Below are positions 1 to 8,056 of a stretch of 64,000 bases of DNA, one piece after another. Origin of the DNA: an uncultured Clostridia bacterium. GTDB taxonomy: Bacteria > Bacillota > Clostridia > Oscillospirales > CAG-382. The notes under the pieces are model-generated. The model saw only the letters and a program-made list of their open reading frames with translations. It was not told the DNA's origin and made no database searches. The stretch is taken from positions 12,129 to 76,128 of the forward strand of contig CANRIX010000012.1 of the NCBI GenBank assembly GCA_947630765.1. The letters are read 5' to 3'. Made by a program: the position numbers and the translations under genes. The number at the start of each line of letters is the position of its first letter. Position 1 is the first letter of the stretch.

Positions 1-41
1 ACGAACGGACGCTTCTGACCATCGTCTCGGCTCCGCTGGTC

Positions 42-1220
42 GTGACGGCCGGGAAGCTCGACGAGGTATATCTCGCGCTCGAAGGGCGCTCGGATACGCT
101 GCTGTGCCGGGAGGGGGATACGGTCCGCGCAGGGGAGGCGGTCGCGCATCTCGCGGACGGGACGCCGATCTACGCGTCGGTGCCCGGGCGGTTCGACGGG
201 GTGTTCGAGAATCGCGGCAGGCCGTATGCCCGCGTCACCGCGGACGCGCATGCGGACGAGCTCCCCGTGCAGGTGCGCGAGCCGGAAAAGAAACGGCTTT
301 CGGACCTGTCCCGGGAGGAACTGCTCGACGCGGTGCGGACGCTCGGCATCTTCGACGTCTGGTCGGGCGATTGGCTCTGGCGGCGGGCACGGGACGCGTG
401 GAAAAGCGATGTGTACCGGGTCGTCATCGATCTGACCGACGCAAACGGCTGGTCGCTGACCGGCTGTCGGGCGGCGCTGCGGGCCGCCGGGGACGTGCTC
501 AACGGCGCGAAGGTGCTGCTGCAGCTGCTCGGCGCGACGAAGGTCCTGCTGATCGTCGACCGTACCCAGCGGCGGCAGGCGAAGGTGTTCCGTGCGCTCA
601 TCAACGACCCGTCGCTGGTCGTGCTGGGCGAAGTGGAGCCGAAATATCCGCTGCGGGAGGAAACGCTGTACGAAGCGATCTATGCGAGGCGGCTTCCGCG
701 TGGGCGGAGTGCGCAGGACGAGGGGGTCTTTTTCGTCCGTGCGCAGACGGCGGAGGCGCTCTATCAGGCGCTGCTGTCCGGGCGCCCGCAGACCACCCGC
801 TGGCTGACCGCCGCCGGGGACGGGTTTGGGACGGACGTCGTGGTGCAGACTCCGCTCGGCACGCCGTGGAAGCGTCTTTTGGAGCTCTGCCGGTTCAAGG
901 GCGGCGAATATGTGACCAAGCTGGACTCCCCGCTGTACGGCGCACCGGCGGAAGGCGTGCTCGGCGGCCGCACGGAAAGCGTACTTTCGTCGCTTCCCGA
1001 GAAGCGGTCGGCGGGGCACTGCATCGCCTGCGGACGGTGCGCGGACGTCTGCCCGATGCGCCTGCAGCCCTATCGGATCCTGCGGACGCGAAGCTACCGG
1101 GCGGTCAAGACGCTTGCCGCCGCCTGCATCGGCTGCGGCTGCTGCTCGTATATCTGCCCGGCGGCGCTGCCGCTGCGGGAACGGATCGCGAAGCATCGGA
1201 ATCCGTCCGAAAATCCCTGA
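42..1220 (+). CDS. RnfC-like iron-sulfur protein (degenerate; possibly 5'-truncated by the window edge)
   Basis: 392-aa ORF with GTG at 42. The frame has no stop back to nt 3, so the true start may lie off-window. The N-terminal barrel-sandwich-like segment (GDTVRAGEAVAHL..PIYASVPGRFDGV) and two C-terminal 4Fe-4S motifs (CIACGRCADVCP, CIGCGCCSYICP) match RnfC architecture. The RnfC nucleotide-site motifs (GAGFP, ECEPY) are not recognisable. Confidence 0.7.
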   Translation: MTAGKLDEVYLALEGRSDTLLCREGDTVRAGEAVAHLADGTPIYASVPGRFDGVFENRGRPYARVTADAHADELPVQVREPEKKRLSDLSREELLDAVRTLGIFDVWSGDWLWRRARDAWKSDVYRVVIDLTDANGWSLTGCRAALRAAGDVLNGAKVLLQLLGATKVLLIVDRTQRRQAKVFRALINDPSLVVLGEVEPKYPLREETLYEAIYARRLPRGRSAQDEGVFFVRAQTAEALYQALLSGRPQTTRWLTAAGDGFGTDVVVQTPLGTPWKRLLELCRFKGGEYVTKLDSPLYGAPAEGVLGGRTESVLSSLPEKRSAGHCIACGRCADVCPMRLQPYRILRTRSYRAVKTLAAACIGCGCCSYICPAALPLRERIAKHRNPSENP

Positions 1221-1235
1221 AAACGGAGGTTGGCT

Positions 1236-2237
1236 ATGTTTGTTCGTTCCCCGCGCGATAAGACGGCGCTGGCGCTGGATTTAGGCATCGCGCTTCTGCC
1301 CGCGTCCGCATGGGCGATCTTTCTGTACGGCGGACGCGCCGCAGTCCTGATGATATTCTGCGGTTTATGCTGCACGATTCTCGATTTCCCGGTGCAGAAA
1401 TGGATCTGCCGTGCGCCGCTGAAGGACGCGCTTTCGCCGTTTCCGTTCCTGACCGGCGTGCTGACCGCGTTCTGGTTTCCCGTGACCGTGCCGCTTTGGT
1501 TCGGTGCGCTCGCGGCGCTGCCGATTGTGGTCTGCCGCGCGTTCTTCCGCTATTTCGGGCATCGGCTGTTCAATTCGTCAATCTTCGCGGCCGTGGTGCT
1601 GTCCGCCGCGTTCCCGGAATACATGAACCGTTTCACTCGTCCGTTCGCGTATTTTCCCGCCTTTACGATCTCGCTCGACCCGGATCTGGTGCAGTACTAC
1701 CGCGTGCGCACGCCGCTGGAGCTTCTGCAGGGCGGGACGCTCTACGAGGACGGCATGCTTCCGCAGTTGTACGGGTACGCGTCGGGCGCGATGGGCGCGG
1801 TTGCGATCGCGGCGATCCTGCTCGGCGGGGTCTGGCTGTTGGTGCGGCGGCAGCTGTCGCTGTATTCGACCGGCGCATATGTGCTGGTTTTGCTGGTCCT
1901 GGCGATGGCGTTTGCGCCGGAGGACGCGGAAATGCTCAATTACGGCTGGCTGTACCTGCTGTCCGGCGGGATCTCGCTGGTCGCGGTCTTTTCGCTGAAC
2001 GACCCGGCGTCGATGCCGCGCACGGCGGTCGGGAAAATGCTGTCCGGCGGGATCGCTGGGATCTTGACCTTTGTTTTCCGGCAGTATCTCGGCGGGGAAG
2101 GGGCTTTGCCTGCGGTGCTGGTGACCAACCTGCTGACCCCGCTTCTGGAGTATTTCACCCTGCCGCAGGACTACTATGCGACCGGCAAACGCCGCAAAAC
2201 GCCGAAGCAAGCCGCGTCCGCAGGGAGGCAGTCCTGA
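1236..2237 (+). CDS. RnfD/NqrB-family polytopic membrane protein
   Basis: ATG at 1236 lies 6 nt after GGAGG; the ORF-track TTG at 1230 is too close to the RBS. The 333-aa product is hydrophobic and multi-helix, with an RnfD-like layout. The gene follows the RnfC-like gene after a 15-nt gap. Confidence 0.7.
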   Translation: MFVRSPRDKTALALDLGIALLPASAWAIFLYGGRAAVLMIFCGLCCTILDFPVQKWICRAPLKDALSPFPFLTGVLTAFWFPVTVPLWFGALAALPIVVCRAFFRYFGHRLFNSSIFAAVVLSAAFPEYMNRFTRPFAYFPAFTISLDPDLVQYYRVRTPLELLQGGTLYEDGMLPQLYGYASGAMGAVAIAAILLGGVWLLVRRQLSLYSTGAYVLVLLVLAMAFAPEDAEMLNYGWLYLLSGGISLVAVFSLNDPASMPRTAVGKMLSGGIAGILTFVFRQYLGGEGALPAVLVTNLLTPLLEYFTLPQDYYATGKRRKTPKQAASAGRQS

Positions 2238-3616
2238 TGGCGGAGAGCCGAAAGAATCGCCTGTATTCCGTGGAGATCACCGGGATCAACCCGGACGGGA
2301 ACGGCGTCGGGCGTCTGGAGGACGGCATGGTGGTTTTTGTGCCGCTGACCGCGCCGGGGGACGTCGCGGTCGTGCGGGTCATCAAGGAAACGAAGAGCTA
2401 CGCGGTCGGCAGGCTTGAACGGCTGTCCGTCCCTTCGCCGGACCGTCGGGACCCGCTTTGCCCGGTCTATCAGCGGTGCGGCGGGTGCGTGTTCCGCCAT
2501 TTGCGCCCGGAGGCGGAGCGGAACGTCCTGCGGGAACTGGTCGAGAACGCGTTCCGGCGGATCGGGCATCTCGACGTTTCGGTCGAGCCGACGGTTTTTG
2601 TCAACGAGGAGCGCTACCGCAACAAGGTCGTCTATCCGCTTTGCGAAACGGAGCCGGGGCGTCCGACGTTCGGGTACTATACCCGCCATTCGCACGCGGT
2701 GGTCGAACACGCGGACTGCCCGCTGCAGGACCCGATTTTCGACCGCATCGCGATGTTTCACGTGAAACAACTTGCCGCTCGCCACGTCCCCGTCTGGAAC
2801 GAGAAGCGTGGGGCCGGGGTCGCGCGGCACCTGATGATGCGGCGGAACCGGGACGGGGAAGTGCTGGTCTGCATGGTCGCCGCGAAGCCGTTTCCACAGG
2901 CGCAAACGCTTGCGGAGGACCTTTTGCGGGAATTCCCGGAGGTCGTCGGGGTGTCGCTGAACCTGAACCCCACCCCCGGAAATGCGATTTTGGGGAGCGA
3001 AACGCGAACGCTCGCCGGGGGATCCGTCCTGCGGGACCGTCTGTGCGGAAAAACCTTTTTGCTATCGCCGACGGCGTTCTACCAAGTCAACGCCGACTGC
3101 GCCGAAGCGCTCTATCGAAAGGCGGCGGAACTGGCGGACCTCCCGGAAAACGGGATCCTGCTGGACTTGTACTGCGGCGCAGGGACCGTCGGGTTGACCA
3201 TGGTGCGGGACGGGCAGAAGCTGCTCGGGGTCGAATCGGTCCCGGAAGCGGTGGAGAATGCCCGTGAAAACGCCCTGCGAAACGGCAGAACGCCGGAAAA
3301 TACGCGATTCGTCTGCGGGGACGCGTCGCTCGGCGTGCGAACCTGCGAAGAATTATTCGGAACACCCGACGTCATCGTCGTGGATCCGCCCCGCAAAGGG
3401 CTGTCGCGGGAAGTCCTCGCGACGCTGCTGTCCGCCGCGCCGGAGCGGATCGTATACATTTCCTGCAATCCCGCGACGCTCGCGGCGAACTGCGAGACCC
3501 TCTGCGGCGCGGAAGGGGGCATCCGCTACCGCGTGACGTCCGCGACGCCGTTCCATATGTTCCCCTCGACCGGGCACGTGGAAACGGTGTGCTTGTTGTC
3601 AAAATACGACGTGTAG
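2237..3616 (+). CDS. TRAM-domain 23S rRNA (uracil-C5)-methyltransferase, RumA/RlmD (TrmA) family
   Basis: 459 aa. The ATG overlaps the upstream stop (TGATG). Features: TRAM-like N-terminus (YSVEITGINPDGNGVGRL), Fe-S Cys cluster (CPVYQRCGGCVFRH) and SAM-MTase motifs (LDLYCGAGTVGL, VVDPPRKG, YISCNP). The ORF-track entry from 1310 is an upstream shadow extension over the RnfD-like gene. Confidence 0.88.
   Translation: MAESRKNRLYSVEITGINPDGNGVGRLEDGMVVFVPLTAPGDVAVVRVIKETKSYAVGRLERLSVPSPDRRDPLCPVYQRCGGCVFRHLRPEAERNVLRELVENAFRRIGHLDVSVEPTVFVNEERYRNKVVYPLCETEPGRPTFGYYTRHSHAVVEHADCPLQDPIFDRIAMFHVKQLAARHVPVWNEKRGAGVARHLMMRRNRDGEVLVCMVAAKPFPQAQTLAEDLLREFPEVVGVSLNLNPTPGNAILGSETRTLAGGSVLRDRLCGKTFLLSPTAFYQVNADCAEALYRKAAELADLPENGILLDLYCGAGTVGLTMVRDGQKLLGVESVPEAVENARENALRNGRTPENTRFVCGDASLGVRTCEELFGTPDVIVVDPPRKGLSREVLATLLSAAPERIVYISCNPATLAANCETLCGAEGGIRYRVTSATPFHMFPSTGHVETVCLLSKYDV
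2754..2769. other. parS: parS (ParB/Spo0J centromere-like site), perfect consensus
   Basis: Exact 16-bp palindrome TGTTTCACGTGAAACA, matching the Firmicutes parS consensus TGTTNCACGTGAAACA. It lies inside the methyltransferase coding sequence (codons MFHVKQ). Confidence 0.85.
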
Positions 3617-3619
3617 AAA

Positions 3620-3635
3620 TGTTTCACGTGAAACA
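3620..3635. other. parS: parS (ParB/Spo0J centromere-like site), perfect consensus
   Basis: Second exact TGTTTCACGTGAAACA, 4 nt after the methyltransferase stop, embedded in a 22-bp perfect palindrome (AAATGTTTCACGTGAAACATTT, 3617-3638). A GCCCC/GGGGC hairpin follows at 3639-3651. Confidence 0.85.
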
Positions 3636-3692
3636 TTTGCCCCGACGGGGCGAAAAACGAGAAGGATTCGGTCAAATGATAGGGAGAAAACG

Positions 3693-5108
3693 ATGGGAAT
3701 GAAGAAACGCATCGGCATTTTGGCGTCTGCTGTTCTGCTGTTCGTGACGGCGTGCGCGAACGTCGCTTTGCCGCCGGACGCGCTGAAGGAATCGACGTCC
3801 CAGCGGCTGGAGGAGATCGCGAGCGCCCTGCCGCAGACGGACGATTTCCGCGGGACGTCGCTGACCGTCCTGACGGCGGACGAAGCGGTCGTCGACGGCG
3901 ACGAAGATGCCGCCGGGTCGGTTCGGGAAGCGCTGCGGAACCGCAACGAGCTGATTCGCACGTCCTACGGCATGGAAGTCACGGTCAAAACCGTCCCGGA
4001 GGCGGATATCCTGCAAACCCTGCAGGACGCCCGGCAGGCAGGGCTGTCCGCGGGGGATTTGCTCTGCTATTCCGCCGAAACGACGGCGAGTTTGTGGGCG
4101 GACGGACTGTTGCAGGACCTGACCAAGCTGCCGTATTTCTCGCTCGGCGAGTCCTGTTTCGGGGCGGACGCGGCGGAAAAACTGCGGACGGGGGATGCGG
4201 TGTATCTGCTGCCCGACCCGTCGGCGCAAAGCTATGACGGAGCTTATGTGCTGTTCTATGACCGGGAACTGGTGCGCTCGACCGGGCTCCCCCTGCCGGA
4301 AGCGCGGGTGACGGACGGCGACTGGACGTTGGAGGTATTTCAACAGTACGCGGAAGCAGTCGCGTCGTCGGTGATGCACAAGCAGAGCTACGATCTGCAG
4401 ACCGACGTGTTCGGCTATTCCGCAAAGGACAACACGGGTCTGCTGCCGTACCTGCTCTGGTGCGGGACGGACGACGCGCTGTTCGCGCGGAAGGACGGCG
4501 GGAAAACCGACTACGTATACGACACCGCCGACACGCTGAAAGAACGCGTCGAACCGCTGCGTGCGGTGTACGGGAGCGCCTGCCGCAGTCCGCTGGACGG
4601 CGACGAGGCGGCGAAGGCGTTTTCCGAGGGGCGGCTGGGCTTCCTGTTTGCGAAATTGGAGGAAATTAAAAATCTCTACGCCAACGCCAAACGGGAATAC
4701 GGCATTCTTCCGCTCCCCAAGCGGGACAAGGCGCAGAAATCCTATCGCTGTCCGATTGCCGCAGACGGGCGGGTGTTTTCGGCCCCCTCCGCGGCGGCGG
4801 ATCGGTCGCGGAGCGGCTTGGGACTGCTCGCCGTCTGCGCTGCCGGCGGCGGACTGCTGCAGGAGGCGGAGGTGCGGACTTACGTCACCCTGTATTCGAT
4901 GGACAACGACCAGACCTGTATGCTGGAGACCCTGCTCGGCTGCGCCGACTTCGATTTCGGCTGGGTGTACGGGACGCAGGAGCGAACGGTGCGCGGGCTG
5001 TCGACCGAGCTGATGAACGACGTGCTGGCGAACGGCGTGTCGTATCCGAACGCGCTTCGCCCGTATCTCGACGGATTCCGGCAGTATGCGCAGGAAAATT
5101 TCTCCTGA
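3693..5108 (+). CDS. Lipoprotein, extracellular solute-binding protein-like (ABC-type SBP, family 1-like), orphan
   Basis: 471 aa. Lipoprotein signal MKKRIGILASAVLLFVTAC. The protein is paralogous to the 24758-26302 product (VLFYDRELVRSTGLPLP..DGDWTLE versus IYFNKTLFDQYGLEYP..DMKWTLDE). No permease or ATPase gene is adjacent. Confidence 0.55.
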   Translation: MGMKKRIGILASAVLLFVTACANVALPPDALKESTSQRLEEIASALPQTDDFRGTSLTVLTADEAVVDGDEDAAGSVREALRNRNELIRTSYGMEVTVKTVPEADILQTLQDARQAGLSAGDLLCYSAETTASLWADGLLQDLTKLPYFSLGESCFGADAAEKLRTGDAVYLLPDPSAQSYDGAYVLFYDRELVRSTGLPLPEARVTDGDWTLEVFQQYAEAVASSVMHKQSYDLQTDVFGYSAKDNTGLLPYLLWCGTDDALFARKDGGKTDYVYDTADTLKERVEPLRAVYGSACRSPLDGDEAAKAFSEGRLGFLFAKLEEIKNLYANAKREYGILPLPKRDKAQKSYRCPIAADGRVFSAPSAAADRSRSGLGLLAVCAAGGGLLQEAEVRTYVTLYSMDNDQTCMLETLLGCADFDFGWVYGTQERTVRGLSTELMNDVLANGVSYPNALRPYLDGFRQYAQENFS

Positions 5109-5125
5109 TTTCCCCGCCGAAACCC

Positions 5126-5154
5126 TTGACGAACGCGGGAGGTTGTGCTAAAAT
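5126..5154 (+). promoter_or_regulatory. Sigma-A-type promoter of pgk-tpiA
   Basis: TTGACG (5126-5131), 17-nt spacer, TAAAAT (5149-5154) with an upstream TGc extended -10. It sits 43 nt upstream of the pgk ATG; the RBS is AAAGGAG. Confidence 0.6.
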
Positions 5155-5196
5155 GAAAGAGCAAAGAGAGAATACCGAAAAAGGAGAACTGAAAAC

Positions 5197-6402
5197 ATGA
5201 ATGCAAAGAAAACCGTAGAAGATCTTCAGGTCACCGGCAAGCGGGTTTTGGTCCGCTGCGACTTCAACGTCCCGACCAAGAACGGCGTGATCACCGACGA
5301 CACGCGGATCGTCGCCGCCCTGCCGACCATCGAATACCTGATCCGGCAGAACGCGAAAGTCATTCTCTGCTCCCATATGGGCAAGCCGAAGGGGCAGCCG
5401 TTGCCGGAGTACTCCCTTGCGCCGGTCGCGAAGCGTCTGGAGGAGAAGCTCGGCAAGCCCGTCGTGTTCGCCGCAGACGACAACGTCGTGGGCGAGCAGG
5501 CGAAGGCGGCGGTCGCCGCGATGCAGGACGGCGACGTCGTGCTGCTGCAAAACACCCGCTACCGCGCGGAGGAGACCAAAAACGTCGAAACCTTCTCGAA
5601 AGAACTCGCGTCCCTCGCGGAGCTGTTCGTCAACGACGCGTTCGGCGCGGCGCACCGCGCGCACTGCTCGACGGTCGGTGTGGCGTCCTTCGTGAAGGAA
5701 TCCGCCAACGGGTACCTGATGGCGAAGGAAGTCAAATTCCTCGGCGACGCGGTCAATAACCCGGTCCGCCCGTTCGTCTGCATCCTCGGCGGCGCGAAGG
5801 TCGCGGACAAGCTCAACGTCATTTCCAACCTGCTGACCAAGGCGGACACGCTCATCATCGGCGGCGGCATGGCGTATACCTTCCTCAAGGCGCAGGGGCA
5901 TTCCATCGGCACGTCGCTGGTTGACGACGAAAAGCTGGACTACTGCCGCGAAATGCTGGAAAAAGCTAAGGCGAACGGGGTCAAGCTGCTGCTGCCGGTC
6001 GATACGGTCTGCGCTTCTGCGTTCCCGAACCCGATCGACGCGCAAATCGAAACGGTCACGGTCGCGTCCGACGCGATCCCGTCCGACATGATGGGGTTGG
6101 ACATCGGTCCGAAGACCCGCGAACTGTTCGCGCAGGAGATCGCAAACGCAAAGACCGTGGTCTGGAACGGACCGATGGGCGTGTTCGAAAACCCGATCCT
6201 CGCGGAAGGCACGATTGCGATCGCGAAGGCGATGGCGGAAGCCGACGCGACGACCATCATCGGCGGCGGCGATTCGGCGGCGGCGGTCAACTCGCTCGGA
6301 TTCGGCGCTAAAATGACGCACATCTCCACCGGCGGCGGCGCTTCGCTGGAGTACCTCGAGGGCATCGAACTGCCCGGCATCGCCGCTATGACGGATAAAT
6401 AA
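5197..6402 (+). CDS. pgk: Phosphoglycerate kinase
   Basis: 401 aa. Hallmarks: [17 protein letters not shown] near the N-terminus, SHMGKPKG, and C-terminal STGGGASLE. Confidence 0.97.
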   Translation: MNAKKTVEDLQVTGKRVLVRCDFNVPTKNGVITDDTRIVAALPTIEYLIRQNAKVILCSHMGKPKGQPLPEYSLAPVAKRLEEKLGKPVVFAADDNVVGEQAKAAVAAMQDGDVVLLQNTRYRAEETKNVETFSKELASLAELFVNDAFGAAHRAHCSTVGVASFVKESANGYLMAKEVKFLGDAVNNPVRPFVCILGGAKVADKLNVISNLLTKADTLIIGGGMAYTFLKAQGHSIGTSLVDDEKLDYCREMLEKAKANGVKLLLPVDTVCASAFPNPIDAQIETVTVASDAIPSDMMGLDIGPKTRELFAQEIANAKTVVWNGPMGVFENPILAEGTIAIAKAMAEADATTIIGGGDSAAAVNSLGFGAKMTHISTGGGASLEYLEGIELPGIAAMTDK

Positions 6403-6422
6403 GAAGGAAAGAAGGACTTCCC

Positions 6423-7196
6423 ATGAAGAAAGAGACACGCAAGGCGGTCATCGCCGGCAACTGGAAAATGAACAAGACGCCCGCCGAGGCGACCGAACTG
6501 ATCTCCGCGATCCTCCAGGCGAACGAAGGCGCGGACAACAGCGGCTGCACGGTCGTCGCGTGCGTCCCGTATGTGGACATCGACGCGGCGGTGAAGGCGG
6601 CGAAGGGCACGTTCCTGAAGATCGGCGCGGAGAACTGCCACTGGGAAAAGAGCGGCGCGTATACCGGCGAGATCTCGGCGGATATGCTGGTCGCGTGCGG
6701 CGTGGAATACGTCATTATCGGGCATTCCGAGCGCCGTCAGTACTTCGGCGAAACGGATCTGACCGTCAACCGTCGCGTCAAGGCGGCGCTGGAGGCCGGA
6801 CTGAAGGTGATCCTGTGCGTCGGCGAGCTGCTGGAGCAGCGCGAACAGGGCATCACGTCGGAGATCATCTCTATGCAGGTCAAGATCGACCTGGCGGACG
6901 TGACCGCCGAGCAGATGGCGAACGTCATCATCGCATACGAGCCGGTCTGGGCGATCGGCACCGGCAAAACCGCGACGGCGGAACAGGCGGACGAGGTCTG
7001 CGGCGGGATCCGCGCGACCCTCGCGCAGCTGTACGGTCCCGCGCTCGCGGAAGCGACGACGATCCAGTACGGCGGGTCCATGAACGCGAAGAACTGCGCG
7101 GAACTGCTGGGCAAGGTCAACGTGGACGGCGGTCTGATCGGCGGCGCCGCGCTCAAGGCGCCGGACTTCACGACCATCATTTCGGCTGCCCGCTGA
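6423..7196 (+). CDS. tpiA: Triosephosphate isomerase
   Basis: 257 aa. Motifs: IAGNWKMN, IIGHSERR, AYEPVWAIGTGKTA, YGGS. It starts 20 nt after pgk. Confidence 0.97.
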   Translation: MKKETRKAVIAGNWKMNKTPAEATELISAILQANEGADNSGCTVVACVPYVDIDAAVKAAKGTFLKIGAENCHWEKSGAYTGEISADMLVACGVEYVIIGHSERRQYFGETDLTVNRRVKAALEAGLKVILCVGELLEQREQGITSEIISMQVKIDLADVTAEQMANVIIAYEPVWAIGTGKTATAEQADEVCGGIRATLAQLYGPALAEATTIQYGGSMNAKNCAELLGKVNVDGGLIGGAALKAPDFTTIISAAR

Positions 7197-7218
7197 CGGA
7201 ATCCAATCGGAACGACCG

Positions 7219-7247
7219 AAAAGGGGGAGGTTCGCCTCTCCCTTTTT
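7219..7247 (+). terminator. Rho-independent terminator after tpiA
   Basis: GGGGGAGG (7223-7230), loop TTCG, CCTCTCCC (7235-7242; 8 bp with one G-U), then TTTTT (7243-7247). Confidence 0.7.
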
Positions 7248-7350
7248 CCGTCGGACGGTCGGCGAAACGAATGGGGCTCGGAATTTCACCGCAGAAATGA
7301 TCAAAAAACGGGGCATAAAGCAAAAATTCAAAATTTTTTCGCACGACCCC

Positions 7351-7379
7351 TTGACAAACGGTGTATGCTGTGGTAAGAT
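7351..7379 (+). promoter_or_regulatory. Sigma-A-type promoter of the ArsR/HMA/CadA operon
   Basis: TTGACA (7351-7356), 17 nt, TAAGAT (7374-7379). Downstream lies CAATTG-CT-CAATTG (7397-7410), a self-complementary repeat that could be the ArsR-family operator (speculative). Confidence 0.6.
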
Positions 7380-7434
7380 ACAATAAAACAAGTGCACAAT
7401 TGCTCAATTGACGAGGTTTTGAAGGAGGCACACG

Positions 7435-7788
7435 ATGGAGGAAGCGGGCTATCTGCGAATCGACGGAGAACAGGCGAAAACGGCGCGGGAGGCGCTGCCG
7501 GACGGTCCGACCATGATTGCGCTGGCGGAGCTTTACAAGCTGTTCGGCGACGGGACCCGGCTGGGCATTCTGGCGCTGCTCTGCCGCGAGGAGCTTTGCG
7601 TCTACGACATCGCGCGGATCCTCTCGATGACGGACTCTGCGGTTTCCCACCAACTGCGGATCCTGCGGCAGGGGCGGTTGATCCGTTCCCGCCGGGAGGG
7701 AAAGACCGTCGTCTATTCCCTCGCCGACGAGCATGTGCGGAGTTTGATCCGTACCGGGCTGGAACACGTCTCGGAAGAGATCCGTTGA
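7435..7788 (+). CDS. ArsR/SmtB-family metal-sensing transcriptional repressor
   Basis: 117 aa. Winged-HTH signature: LFGDGTRLGILALLCREELCVYDIARILSMTDSAVSHQLRILR. RBS GAAGGAGG. It is the first gene of the metal-efflux operon. Confidence 0.9.
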   Translation: MEEAGYLRIDGEQAKTAREALPDGPTMIALAELYKLFGDGTRLGILALLCREELCVYDIARILSMTDSAVSHQLRILRQGRLIRSRREGKTVVYSLADEHVRSLIRTGLEHVSEEIR

Positions 7789-7810
7789 ACAGGAAAGGAA
7801 GGCAACGAAC

Positions 7811-8032
7811 ATGAAAAAAACGTTTGAACTCGAAGACCTCGACTGCGCGAACTGCGCGGCGAAGATGGAGGCGGCGATCCGCAAGATCGGCGGCGTGAAG
7901 GACGCGACGGTCAGCTATATCGCGCAGAAGCTGACGCTGGAGGCGGACGACGGTCGGTTTGAGGAGATCCTCAAGGAAGTCGTCAAGGTCTGCAAGGCGG
8001 TCGAGCCGGACTGCACGATCTTACTGAAGTAA
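7811..8032 (+). CDS. Stand-alone heavy-metal-associated (HMA) domain protein
   Basis: 73 aa. It carries the CxxC metal site LDCANCAAKME in a ferredoxin-like HMA layout. The downstream ATPase lacks its own N-terminal HMA domain. Confidence 0.8.
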   Translation: MKKTFELEDLDCANCAAKMEAAIRKIGGVKDATVSYIAQKLTLEADDGRFEEILKEVVKVCKAVEPDCTILLK

Positions 8033-8056
8033 CCGTCCGCGGAAAGGGGTATCCCC

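Noticed and set aside
1310-2236. N-terminal 309 aa of the 768-aa ORF-track entry for the methyltransferase
   Set aside because: This part overlaps the RnfD-like gene in another frame. The real start is the ATG at 2237, with stop/start overlap and a TRAM-domain N-terminus. Similar upstream shadow extensions were trimmed at 11093-11485, 26303-26797, 30389-30931, 43663-43770, 44613-44843, 48738-49430, 54768-54926 and 62893-62946.
42-2237. Complete Rnf electron-transport complex
   Set aside because: Only RnfC-like and RnfD-like genes are present, cofactor motifs look degenerate, and the next gene is an rRNA methyltransferase. I called it an Rnf-derived pair, not an Rnf complex.
3578-3593. Possible third parS (GGGCACGTGGAAACGG)
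   Set aside because: It shares only the CACGTG core. The arms do not match TGTTTCACGTGAAACA, and an extra G breaks the half-site spacing.
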